From the NCBI RefSeq assembly GCF_009914755.1, contig NC_060943.1: 64,000 nucleotides of DNA. The stretch is one strand, 5' to 3'. A program made the translations under genes and the position numbers. Positions 25,778 through 38,842 of this stretch are shown in pieces. The first letter of the stretch is position 1. Each line of letters begins with the position of its first letter. The notes beneath the pieces were generated by a model. It saw nothing but the letters and a program-made list of their open reading frames with translations. It was not told where the DNA came from and did no database searches. This DNA is from the human T2T-CHM13v2.0 reference genome, Homo sapiens.

Positions 25778-27151
25778 GGTGCCCCACGATCTCATCTTTT
25801 GCCCTGGAAAGAGAGATGCTTTCTGGGAAAAATCAAAGATATCTGTTTAAACTCATGGTTACATTTCCAAATGGACCCCAGGATGTAATGATCACATGTA
25901 TTTTCTCGACTCTTCACCTTTTCCCTCTAACTTGGGGAAAAGTAAGTGCATAAAGGGGTTTCTTGGGCATCACTTGCTCTGTTAAAGCAGCATGATGAGT
26001 TAAGCAGACATGAATCAGAAAACATATGGACCCAATTTTGGTTTAAAAATTAATAGGAAAACACATTCTCATCAAACTCAAAACAATGAAAAATATTTTT
26101 TAAGGAGGCAAAAAATCCAAAATACAGCTGGGTTTGCCCACTCCACACAGATTCTTAACACCCATGGTCTCCTTCCTTGGTTTTCAAAAATAGCAAATTG
26201 TGCTGAAGGTTGTGTGGAACCAATTAGGACAGCATAAGTGAGGTGTGGGCTTCCAGCAGGATGGACCACCCAGTGCAGGGGCCTTACAAGGCATTGCTGG
26301 TGGTTGATGCTGTATCTCTAGACCTGGTGGAGCAGACAATCAGGGCAAGTCCCCAGGATAGAAGAGATATCCACACAGTGCCAGAGTGAAGAAGTCACAG
26401 ATGTGTGTGTGACAGGTAAGCTAGATTCACCTACTGACCAACAAGCTCACAAGATGGAAAAGGTAAACCAAACCCAAGCGAGGTTCATCTTCTGTCAACC
26501 ATTAGATGTGACCTTACCCTAGGGGAAGGACAGTTTATTCTTCAGGCATCATTCCCAGCCTGTCCTCCCTTTGATAAAATTCTCTTCTCTCTTTCCCACA
26601 GCCCTCCAGCCATGGATTCTCAACATCCCAGTTGCTTTGAGCTGCCCCCTGGGATGGCTCCTCTGAACCAAAGCTGTTCCCTGGTGCCCCAGCATGTCCT
26701 GCCAGAGCCTCTAGGATGAAGGAGTTTGTTGGCAGAAGTGACAGGTGATGGGAGGGAAAATCAGAAATGTCACCCTCCATGGGTATCCAGCCAGCCAGAC
26801 TGGAGCCTCTAAATGGCTCCAGCTCTTTCTAGATTTTCCTGGTTGATGACTCTTGGAGTCCATCCTCCTGGAAGCCCTGAGCCACCTTCTCACCTTGCCC
26901 TTCCTTCTCAGGAGATGATCTTGGTTTTTACTTTAAGGACTAAACAAAAGCCATCCGTTGAACCCATTGTCACCATACCCACCACGCTTCCCATATCTAA
27001 ATCCATCGTTTTGTCTCTCCTGCCATGCGCCTCCCCCTGTGCAAAGCGAATCCCTCCAGCTTTGCACTGGGTTCCACTCTTGTTTCCTCCTCTGGGACCC
27101 TGATAACTTTCATCATTTGCTCATAGACTGCTCATTTCCATGTAAGGCATT

Positions 27152-27385
27152 TTCAGCATGGTGCTTAAACGCACGCTCTGGAAGCCAGACTGTCTGTCAT
27201 TGTATGGAAGGCTTGGGGGAAAACCCAGCTTCCCTGCGCCTGGTGTCCCCATCTGGGAAATGGAGATAATAATAATTCCCATCTAATGGGCTTGTTTTGA
27301 ATATGAAAAGGTTAATACATATAAAACACTTATACAAGTGGCTAGCACATCATAAGCATGAAATAAGTATAGGTTATCTTATTAT
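27152..27385 (+). mobile_element. MIR nested in L2
   Basis: gctctggaagccagactg...ccccatctgggaaatggagataataata...catataaaacactta. Confidence 0.85.
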
Positions 27386-28307
27386 CCCTGCTTCCTTCAT
27401 GCCAACATTTAAATGTGATCATCTCTCATATTTAAGAAGGAATTCTTTCTCAACTCACATCTACAGCCAACTGCTGTCCTCTCTAAAAATTCACCCTTGC
27501 TATTGATTTTCTTGGGTGAGACAACTGTGTGCGCCTGTTGCTTTTCCCTCCTAATTTCTCCCTCCTTAGTCTAGGGTGGTCCAGCTCCAGTCCGTCCATT
27601 CTTGAAACTGCTTGCACGATGAACTTCCTGCCACTAAATCCAAGGAACACGTTTCACTCCTGTCTCTTCACCTCTATGCACCCTTGGCTCTGGTGACCTT
27701 TTTGCTCTCTTCCAATACTACTCTGTGGGCTCTCACACCCTACCCTGGGCAGTTCCTCCTTGGCTTCTTTTGCTGTGCAGATTGATAATGTAAATGCAGA
27801 TGTTTTTAAGAGTCTGACCTCACCTATTCCCTGGTTGTTGGCCTGTGGTAACTCTTTCCAGCCAGCCTTCTCTCCTGAGCCCCGTTGGAAGTGGACCCTC
27901 AGATGTCTCATAGGCTCCCATATGAAGCCCTCCCCTTTATCCCCAAGCTGTTCCTCTGGGAGTTTCTATGTCAGTGGAGAGTATCAACTCGCATCCCATA
28001 GTCCAAACCAATGGTGTAGGGGTCATTCTTCAACTTTTCCTTTACTCTACGTTGATTCTATTTCCTAAATACCTATCAGGCCCCTCAGCATCTCTCCAGC
28101 TCCACAGCCATTACACCAACCTGGACTACTACTCTCCCTCCCTAGGTCACTAGGATCACCCTTCACGTGTTCTCTGGCCTCGCACCAGTCTCCCCTCTGA
28201 TGCATGCCCTGCACTGCCCCAGGGAGATCTCCATCGAAAGTTCACTAAAGGTTTCCCATTGCCCTGATGATAAGCACCAAATTCCTTAACTTGCTTTTCA
28301 AAGATCT

Positions 28308-29072
28308 CGAAACCACTTTTGCAAGAATTATGACAGGGAGAAAAGTTTAACCTAACTGACTCCATCTTGCTTCTGACCTCCCAAGTTAACTGTCTTTGCT
28401 CATTCCTGGACACAGGCCAAGCAAACTGTGGGAGGAATTAGCTTATAATTTCTCTTTGAAACAAGGATGATCATAGTCCCTCCCTAAATTGACCCCCTCC
28501 GGGGACTGAAACTGCCTTTGTAAGACTAATGAAAGGCCACAAGTTTAGGATTATGGGTGTGGGTGCCTGAATTCTGCTAAACTATAGGTCCAGTGAAAGA
28601 ATAACCAGCCATTGTTCCAGAAGTCGCAAGATTTGGAACTTCCCCAGTCACTCCTGTGGATAATATCACTATTGTCAAAACATAAGATTGGTCTCTGAGA
28701 TATTTTTCAGACTTTTGTGTTCTGGTGACTGACTGACTCCACCTGGACCCATGACTCACAGCAAAGAGCTTATTCCTACCCAGAAACTCCCACCTAGAAA
28801 GTAACACAGTGCATTGAAGTCTGTTTGAACACCCCTGTGATTTCATCCCCAACCAATCAGCAGCACCCGTTCCCTAGCCCCCTGGCCAACATAATTATCC
28901 TTAAAAACTCTAGCCTCCAAGCTCTCAAGGTGACAGTTTTGAGAAATGCCTCCTGTCCTTCTGTTCAGCTGGCCCTGGCATTAATAAGCTATTTCTCTAC
29001 TGTAACACCACGGCCTCGGTGAATTGGTTTTATTTGTGCAGTGGGCAAGAAGAAACTTATCGGGCAATTACA
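28308..29072 (+). mobile_element. ERV1 solo LTR, LTR8/LTR8A-like (~765 bp)
   Basis: gaaaccacttttgcaagaattatgacag...ctaactgactccatcttgcttct...ccaaccaatcagcagcacc...gtgggcaagaagaa...gggcaattaca; 4-bp TSD atct/gtct. Confidence 0.88.
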
Positions 29073-29169
29073 GTCTTGACTTACTGGCATCTGGTCTCAT
29101 TGCCAATGGAAGTTCTCCATTTCATCTTTTATAGTCTGTGTTTCAGCCACATGGGTTTTAGTGGACTTT

Positions 29170-29526
29170 TGTCATGTATTGGTTGCCTAGCATCTGAATA
29201 CTTTATTTTGATTTGGGGAAATTCTCCTGTGTGAATTTACACCAAAAGGGCTTTAGATACACCCTCTCCCCCTCACTGGCAACTAGCATGTGATCATGTG
29301 ACTCAGACATGGCCAGTTAGGTGGACAATGATGGCAGTGCCCCGCCAGTATCATAATGAACCTTGACTGGGTTCTTGGCAGCCCAACTTCCTTTGGCTAC
29401 TGCTTGATTCCTCAGTCGTCCTGTCCTTTTATAAGCTACTTAATATTCTTCCAACAAATTCCTTTTCCTCTGAAGTTAACCAGAGTCAGGGTCTAGTACT
29501 TGTATTCAAGAACTCTGACACTGACA
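29170..29526 (+). mobile_element. ERVL LTR, LTR33-like
   Basis: 3' end ccaacaaattccttttcctctgaagttaaccagagtc...caagaactctgacactgaca, plus internal catgtgactcagacatggcca. Confidence 0.7.
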
Positions 29527-30269
29527 TAAATTTTTTTGCAAGCCCTCTAACGTACAAGGCATGTGTGATGCTATCTGTACACACTTCACTTAGTTTATTC
29601 CTACCAATTCTTCAGACCTGGATTTAAGATTTCTTCTTCATCTGAAACCTCACCCATCCCTGCCTCATTTAGACCAGATTTGGTGTCCTTGTGAATGCTT
29701 TCTGTAGCACTGGGTTTCTCTCTGTCATAGCACTCATCATCCTAAAATGTAATTGCTTATTAAGTTGTCTCCACTACTAGAAGCAAGGTGCTCAAGGACC
29801 CCACTTGTTTTGCCTATTCTTATATTCCCAGAACCCAGCATAGCATCTGTCACATAGTAGCTCTCACTAAATATTTGCTAAATGACTGAATGCATTGCAG
29901 CCTCATCCCAGTGCCCAAAGTTGTGACTGGACCCTCCTTTAAATTCAAATATCTTTAGAGATCTTCAGCTCCCAACATCCTACTGTGAATTACTTTCCAA
30001 TTCATCTCCAAGCCCCACCTCCTAGCTCTCTTTACCCACTCTCTTAGAAGTCCACTGCCATGGCCACACTCACAGACCTGGATTCTGTCCTTGGAGAAGC
30101 AGATCTGTGATGTGCCATTTTGTGGTAGTTATGCATGAGATGCTACAGAGGCACTTGACCGAGAAACAAGCTAGAGGGAAACATCCTGCCAGAGGCTTTG
30201 GAAGGAGAAGTGCTGTGTAGGGATGGTAGGAGTGAAAAAACAGAAAAAGAACAAGGATGAGAAGGTGTC

Positions 30270-30413
30270 AGTCTCCCCCACTAGAATGCCAGTTCCATGT
30301 GAACTGAGTCCCTTTTTATCATTGCTGTATCCCCAAGTCTAGAGCAGAGCTTAGTGCATGGCAGGTACTCAATATGTATTTGTTGATTGATTGATTGATT
30401 AACTGATTGAATG
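30270..30413 (+). mobile_element. L2a 3' end with (TTGA)n tail
   Basis: ctcccccactagaatg...ctgtatccccaagtctagagcagagcttag...ggtactcaatatgtatttgttgattgattg. Confidence 0.85.
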
Positions 30414-30996
30414 CATATTACCTACAGTGAAGCAACATAAAATACACATGCAAATATCTTGATATTTCCAGCATGAGGGATTCAGGAAACATTCCATAGA
30501 GCAAAACATGCATACAGCTCTGCTCATTATCACTGATTGAAGATGGACAAAGTGTAATGGTCATGCCTTTATTTAGATAACACCAGAAATACTTAGTATG
30601 AACACTTTCACAGTGTCATTTAAACACATGGTCTTCTAACTCTCCTTTCCTCACACTATCTTAATTCATTGCCCTTGCAGTTTCCCAATTTGGAGTTTCT
30701 GTTTCAGAAGCGTGTCCCCCTGGGGAAGCATACAATCCTGTCCTCCTCCACCTTCATCCCTGGCCCCTCTCCACATAACAGTGTCTGATATTCCTTCCAG
30801 CCCATTCTTTATACATTGCCTTCCCAGCTGCTCCACCCCACTCCTACTAGAAGGCCTCATTCAAGTCTGACCTGCTCTGAGAAGCCTCTCTTCATCAACT
30901 CGGTCCTCATCTCCTGCCCTTTTCTGAACACTTACAGGACCTGGTTCTATATTGACTACTTCTGCTCTGTAGTTGTGTCATTTATGAGTTAAATCT

Positions 30997-31370
30997 GTCA
31001 GAGATAAAATTAAGTCTGAGACAAAACTCACAGCCTGTTTATTCATAAATACATAGTAAGGAAACCCATCAGCTGTCACTTTTGTGGACAAGTGTTCAGG
31101 GGTGTTAAAGGAGAGTTCTTACACAGCGTAAAAAGAGGAAATACAGAGACAGTCTCTGATTCGCAAATATTATGCTTAGGTGGAATTTTGGAAGCTGGAG
31201 AGACTTTCTAATTGGTCTTCAGGTACATTTGGCCATCCTTGGTTGGCGGTAATTTGGGGAGATTTCAAGAAAAGAAGGGTTGTTCAACATTGGGGTGGGG
31301 GTTTCCTGTGGCTGGTCATTTCCTGGAACTGGTGGGTGGGGTACTCGCCGCCGCGGCCAGCAGTCTCTCA
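30997..31370 (-). mobile_element. Probable ERV solo LTR, family uncertain
   Basis: TG...CA bounded ~370 bp segment with tttatt (AATAAA on minus) near its left end and attgg/ttgg CCAAT-like boxes on minus. Confidence 0.45.
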
Positions 31371-32954
31371 AGTCTGATACTGTAGCTCATGGGCTGCCAT
31401 GAGGGAGAAATCACGTCTCACACGTTGCTTGTATGTGCTTCCCGTCTTGGCGTACAGCCAACGTTCAGTCCTATTTCCAGATTTAACATGAGGACTTGTT
31501 GAATCGGCTTTGGAGAAGGAAAGGTAACTGTACAGATACATGCACACCCACTGTGTGTGCGTGTGTGTATACTCCACTAGAAAATGAATAATTGATATAG
31601 GAAAGGGACATGAATTGATATGTACTTTACATACTGCTCTCAGCATCTCCATCAAATAAATCCATCATATCTGAGTCAAAACTCATAGTCTAATTCATAA
31701 ACATGAACTCATCAGCCATCACTTCTGTGGAGGAGGGTTTGACAATATTACAGAGTAAAAAGAGGAAGTCATGACTATATGTGCCCAGTGTCTGGCTGGT
31801 TTTGAGGTGACTGGGAAAGCTACAATCAGGCTGATGATGTCTACAGAGGACCATGCTGCAAGCCCCATCCCATGAGAAGAAACTGAGCTGCACTAGCTGA
31901 GTTTCTAAATGAGCCAGTGAGTATCTATCAGGACTGGGATGCCCTGGGAGAGGTAGGAGTCACCTGAAAGTTTGGAATAACCAGGAACAATGCATAGGAA
32001 GGGAATATTGCTGCAGCGCTGCCTATGCGGATGAAAATGGAAATTTCACAATGGCGTCATAGAGCCCAATGTGCTATCACTCCATTGGAAACACTAATGT
32101 GAAACAGAAGTCAGGGGGTAGAACCCACAGAGAATAAAAAACCTTTTGGGAAAATAGATGCTCAAGAAACATTTATTGATGAACAAAAATTCTTATCAGT
32201 GAGCACCAGATCACTGCCTCCCAGCACTGATGATGCCATTTTGCATTTTGGCCACATTGTGGATGTGGGGGCTGGTGACAGCACAGTGGTGACCAGTGAG
32301 GAATGGCATCTGGTCACTCCAATGGCCCAGCCAAGTGAGATACTCGGGAGCTGGGGTGTTGGGAGTCAAGGCAACACTTAACATAGCCAAACTATTCTGC
32401 ACTTTAGTGACCAAGTACTCGGGGGTGGGAGAAGAGCACCCCGAGGGTAGATGGCATTGAATGTGGCTGCGTCTGCAAATGAACCCATGTGCAGCACAAA
32501 ATCTCTCCAGTAGCTGGCTGTGACTTTGCATCTCCCCGTGGCGTTTTTTTTTTTGCCTTCTCAAAATTAAATGACAGAGTCATTTTGCACTTGGAGTTTC
32601 CACAGTATAAATGCAATGGTCAGCCTTTTGATAAATAGACTTTGAAATGCTCTACATATGCCTACCACAAGCTTTTATCCATTTGGCTAATTTTATTCTT
32701 TGTAAGCCACAGAAGACGGGGAAAATGGCCCTGTGATTAGATCTAGCTCAGAGACTGGGGAAGAGAAGTGGAATTTGAGTCGTCCTGAAAAGCCTGAGTA
32801 AAGCATCCTTTGTAAGAAAGGTGGAATCAGAGCATCAAAGAATCTTGGGGCTGCGAAGGACCTTCGGGTTCCGCAAGCCCTATGACTCCCAACGCTAACC
32901 CTCCAGCCTGGGTGTGTGCTTTTTTCAAAGAGCTCCCTGGGTTGGCTTTGGGTA

Positions 32955-33150
32955 GGTGGCTGTATAACAAAACAGCCTTGGCGTTACGACACTGGGTTCA
33001 AAACTATGTGTTTCTACCACTGTTCTGTGCTTCCGTTTGCTTTTCTTACAAAAGGAGGGAACGTAGTATCTATCTCATAGGGTTCTTGTAAATAGTACAC
33101 ATGATCACCCCTGTAGGGTTTTTAGAACAGGATTTAGCATAATATGTCAA
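32955..33150 (+). mobile_element. MIR
   Basis: ctgggttcaaa...tatctatctcatagggttcttgtaaat...ttagaacag. Confidence 0.7.
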
Positions 33151-33637
33151 TCATGATGAAGATCAAGACGAGGAAGAAGGGCTAAGTTGGCAAACCACTG
33201 ATTCAACCTAGCTGCTGACACAGCCCAGAAGTGGTGTTTTGGTGTCCTGAAGGTGTCATGCTCTGCATTCCTGCTGTGGACAGCCTGGCTGTTAGAGTGT
33301 ATCCTGATCTGATCCTATCTATAGCTCTGCCTCTGGAGACGGTTGCCAGCAAGCCTGGGTCCTTGCTGTCCTGAAAGCTGTTGCAGAAGGCCTGGGCTAT
33401 GCTGGGTTTGACTCAGGATCTTGCAGGCTCACTATTTCCCTAAGAGCAGGAGCTCAGACAGTAAGTCCCCATGGAGGGCAGGTTCTTACGGGTAAAACCT
33501 CAGAGCAGAACATTTGCAGGGTCCTCTGCTGTTAACATGCAGGGATTCCTCCCTATCCTGGTGTCTTAGGTCAGATTTCCTCACCACCTCCAGAGCCCTC
33601 AACTCAGCATGTCCCATGAGCTAATGAGAATGAACCC

Positions 33638-34000
33638 TGTATTAGTCCATTTTCACACTGCTGATAAAGGCATACCCGAGACTGGGTAATTGATAAAGAA
33701 AAAGAGCTTTAAGGGACTCACAGTTCCACATGGCTGGGGAGGCCTCACAATCATGGCAGAAGAGGAAAGGCACATCTTATATGGCAGCAGGCAAAGAGAG
33801 AATGAGAACCAAGTGAAAGGGCAAACCCCTTATAGAACCATCAGATCTCGTGAGACTTATTCACTACCATGAGAACAGTATGGGGGAAACCGCCCCCGTG
33901 ATATAATTATCTCCCACTGGGTCCCTCCCACAACACATGGGAACTGTGGGAGCTACAATTCAAGATGAGATTTGGGTGGGGAGAGAGCCAAACTATATCA
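33638..34000 (-). mobile_element. THE1B MaLR solo LTR
   Basis: Close match to THE1B (tgtattagtccattttcacactgctgataaag...ccatcagatctcgtgagacttattcactacc...caagatgagatttgggtgggga...ccaaactatatca); 5-bp TSD aaccc/aacct. Confidence 0.95.
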
Positions 34001-34339
34001 AACCTCTGCTGTGGGATGTTAGGAAATGCCTATCAGGCTGTGTGATTTTTGTCCCACAGTGTACACATTTTCTGGAGAATCACAGGACATGAAAACAAAT
34101 ATGATTTCATTACATGAACCTTTCCAGTGTTTGACCAAATATTAAGCTTATCAGGCCAATTTAACTGACAGTTATAGCATACTTCCTGAATCCAAGACAC
34201 AGAGCCAGGCACCAAGCAGGAAGAAGGTGGTGATATGGCCAACAGAACAGAAAATCAGAAGCCCTGTAGTGGTGGTGCCACGGAAACAGTGGAAGGTGAA
34301 GTTTCTGCATGGGTCAGGCATACATTGGTGAGGCACATT

Positions 34340-34814
<475 letters not shown>

Positions 34815-37800
34815 GATTTAATTGTAAATGTCCATGGCCTGCTGACACCCACTGTGTACTGTACCTCTTCTTCCTCCTCCCAACTGCCCAAAACATTGGA
34901 TTGTCTCTGAGTTAAGGACACCAGACTAACCCACAATCTCTGCTCCCAGACCCTGGTTGTCAAAAGCTATGTCATTTTTCTGTACTTGCCCTAAAGTTGC
35001 ACAGGAAAAGCCCCATGTCCCAATGTGTGCACACACCCCTCAAAGATGAGGTGTCCCTTGCTGCAGTTCATACCTTGGCTAGAAGAGTCAGCGTTTTGTG
35101 TCCTTGGCTACCCTGAGAGGCTTAAGAAGCTTTGCTCTATTATTTTGGAGAAAAAAATCAGGATGAGTGAGCTGCCTGCCCCGGGCCACAGCTCCCCAAA
35201 GTCTGGCTCAGGCTGGCTGCTGAGGTGCAGCATTGAGGAGCCCGTTTATGATTTTGATCACTGCTCATCACAAATGTCCACAACCAGACTTCTCTTTGCT
35301 CGTAGGCAGTAGACAAAGCAATCATGCACATTTTATGGAGGAGGACGCTGAGGCTCTGAAAACAAGTACTTGTTTGCACTTCCTGGTGCTTTGCTTGGCT
35401 GAAGTTTGAGATAAAGAACGGGAAATCCCACCCACAGACTGTCAGGGTTGTCATTTCAATGCCATTCTCAGGTAGAGAACTGAGCTAGCACATCCACCTT
35501 TGGAAGAAATCGCCCCCTGAGTTTAAGGAGAAGCCTGCACATTGCAGGGGCTGGCAGAGGGGAGCAGTGCTGGGAAAGACTGGAAAGGCTTAGCTTCTTG
35601 CCAGGAATTTCCATTGGAACATGCCTCGTGCAGACTCTGGAAAGACAAACTGGTTCTTAAAATATCTTCAGGTCTGGATGGCTGGGCTCGCCAATCCTTC
35701 CCTCCATGTGGCAGCTCCTTCTTGACTAGCATGCTCTCTGTGGTTCTTAGATCATTAACAGAGAAAACCAGCCACCACTGGGGACTGTAGAAGGTGGATA
35801 AAGAATATTCCATTGTCATAGAGCTTTACAGGGATTCTGGAAATGACAGCCCAGGATAACTCCCTCATTGTATAGATAGGCAGGCTGCAGCCTAGAGAGA
35901 AGGAAGGGGCTCTTACTCCCATCGACCTCTTCAAAACTCCGTTACTCCCAGATTGTTCATGCTCTGATGGCCGTGGCGGATTGAAGCCTGGTTTCCAACC
36001 AAGTGCCTTGTGGTTTGAACTAGGGGCATGCACTTACCTCAGTGGGACTACCACAGTCTTTCTCCTCACACTGTAAAATCTGGACTCAACTCTGATTGAC
36101 TGGTGGAGGCCCTGGAGCTTTGAGATCATATAGAGTGTGGTCCAACCTTCTTCCATCCCATGGATGTTACAGGAGGTAAAACCCACTAATGAAGGGAATG
36201 GATGGAAGCCAAAAGGAAAACAACCCAGTCAGTTGCAGAAAGGCAGTGAGCGAGAGTCCTCTTGGTTCCTTCTGCTTCTAAGGACCTCATTCCACCTAAT
36301 GATTTCACTTGTGGGTCATCCTCAGGCTGCTGTGGGCACAGGTTGCACGGCACAATCTGGGGATCCTTTGGGTTCTGGCAGCCTCAGCTGGCAGCCCCTC
36401 CAATTCTGTTTTGTATTGCCCTGACACAGATGCAGAATGTACATCCTTTCTTCAGTTTCCACAACTAGTCACTTAGAACATTCTGTGCACTGACTTCCCT
36501 AAAGTGTCTTTGGAGAGTTAATATGAATGTCCTCATGTCAACACAATGGACAAAGCGAATATGGACAAAGCATTCACTTTTAATACCCTCGTCCCTAAAA
36601 GAGATGTGGCCACTTCCATAAGTACACCACCCCCACCATCTCCTTGCCCAGCTGTGGCTCTCCTGCCACTTCCGAGGGTCTGATGATGGAGAGGGTGGCA
36701 GTTGAGGTACCTTCCATGGCTGTCCTCTCTCTCAACTCCTCTGCTCCTCAATCTTACCCTACACGCTGAGTTTTATGGAAGAACTTTGATCCAATGGCAG
36801 TGGTCTTTGGAGGGGGATTTATTAGGCAGGGGTTGCTGAAGCTGTTCTGAACCAAAGCTCAGGCATCCTGCCATAGCAGACTCGATACCTGGCAATATCA
36901 AGTAGGTTGGTATTTTACCCATTTAAATGTACAGTTTTGTGATTTTTTATATGTGTATACAGTCATGCAATTGCCACAACAATGAAGACATTTAAAACTT
37001 CCATCATTCCAAAAATTCCCTTGGGTAGTTCTGCAGTCAATACAACCCTCACCCCTAGCCCTGGAGAACCACTGATCTATTTTCTGTTGCTATAGAATTG
37101 TACATAAATGAAATCTGACAGCATGTAATATTTTCTGTTGGATTTCTTTCACTTAGCATAATGCTTTTGCAGGTTCATTCATGTTGTAACATGTATCGGT
37201 GCTTTTTCCTTTTTTATTTATTGCTATATATTATTCCATAAGATAGTTATACCACAATTTATTTATTCACTCACACGCTAATGGACAGCCAGGTTGTTTC
37301 CAGGGTCTGGCTATTATAAAGAAAGCTAGAAAAGACTTTTGTGTACAGGTCTTTGCACAAGCATATGTTATCATTTCTCTCAGGTAAATAAATATCTAGG
37401 AGTAGGATTGCTGATCACAAGGTACATGCATTTTCAATCTTATAAGAAATTGCCAAATTGTCTTCCGAGTGGCTGTGCCATTTTGCATTCTTATCCTCAA
37501 CATGTGAGAGTGACAGTTTTCCCACATCTTCATCAACACTTAAGATTGTCAGTCTTTGTAATGTTAGCTGTTTTAGTGAGTGTATAGTGGTATCTCCTTA
37601 TGTTTTATTTAGTGAGAACTACATATAGTTTATTGCACTTGGTGGTTTATAATATACCACAAAGATATATAACATATAAAAGGTTTTGACGATTGTCTAA
37701 GTTTTTTCTTACAAAAACTAATAATTTTTATGTTTTTTTATTTTGACACAAAATAGTTGTACATATTTATGGGATACAACATGATGTTTCAATTCATGTA

Positions 37801-37907
37801 TACCTTGTGCAATGATCAAATCATGGAAATTAGCATATCTAGCACTTCAAACATTCATCATTTGTAGTCAGAACACTCAAAATCCTCTCTTCTATTTTGA
37901 AATATTC

Positions 37908-38050
37908 TATTTATTTATTTTTTTAATTTTTTTACTATTATAATTTAAGTTTTAGGGTACATGTGCACAACGTGCAGGTTTGTTACATATGTATACACGT
38001 GCCATGTTGGTGTGCTGCACCTATTAACTCGTCATTTAGCTTTAGGTATA
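37908..38050 (-). mobile_element. Very short L1PA 3' tip nested in L1MA
   Basis: tttaagttttagggtacatgtgcacaacgtgcaggtttgttacatatgtataca...aactcgtcatttagc is the young L1PA terminal sequence. Confidence 0.92.
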
Positions 38051-38404
38051 GTCACAGTGCTGTGCAGTAAGACACCAGAACCTATTTTTTATATCTAATT
38101 GTGACTTTTACCTATTGACTAATCTCCCACCATTCTCCTTCCCCGACTCTCCTTAGACCCTGGTAACCACTGTCCTAGTCATTAAGAAGTATGAGGACGT
38201 CTTTTTAAGTTCCACATAGGGATGAGATCATGTACTATTTGTCTTTTGGTGCCTGGTTTACTTCACTTAACATGATGTCTTCCAGGTTCATCCATGTTGT
38301 CCTAAATGACAGGATTTCATTTTTTTTTAATGGCTGAATGGTATTTCATTGTGTGTATACACCACATTTTCTTTAATCATTTTTCCACTGATATTTAGTT
38401 TTTT

Positions 38405-38842
38405 TCTAAATTAATTAATTATTTTTTATTTCAATAGGTTTTTGGGGAGCATGTGGTGTTTGGTTACGTGAATAAGTTATTCAGTGGTGATTTCTGAGAT
38501 TTTGGCGCACCGATCACATAAGCATTGTGCACCATATCCGATGTGTATTCTTTTATTCCTCATCTCCTTTCCACCCTTTCATTATATCACCCTTATGCCT
38601 TTGCATCCTCATAAGTGCTCCCACTTATGAGTGAGAATGTACAATGTTTGGTTTTCCATTTCTGAGTTACTTCACTTAGAATAATGGTCTTCAATTCCAT
38701 CCAGATTGCTAGAAATGCCATTATTTTGTTCCTTTCTATGACTGAGTAGTATTCCATGGTGTATATATATACTACATTTTCTTTATCCGTTAGTTGATTG
38801 ATGAGCATTTGGGCTGGTTCCATATTATTGCAATTGTGAATT
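38405..38842 (-). mobile_element. L1PB (PB1-like) 3' end nested in L1MA
   Basis: tttatttcaataggtttttgggga...gtggtgatttctgagattttgg...cccacttatgagtgagaa. Confidence 0.88.

Larger units (their letters stand above)
26870..29892 (+). mobile_element. Long L2 LINE relic with nested MIR, LTR8-like and LTR33-like insertions
   Basis: C/T-rich L2 body (gatgatcttgg..., ccactaaatccaagga..., ctggactact...) ending in an L2 3' terminus (cacatagtag...aaatatttgctaaatgactgaatg). Confidence 0.7.

Noticed and set aside
36546-36571. Direct repeat atggacaaagc x2
   Set aside because: Only two copies; ordinary local slippage, not an array.
38593-38823. ORF resembling the L1 ORF2 C-terminus
   Set aside because: Decayed L1PB remnant, not a functional gene.
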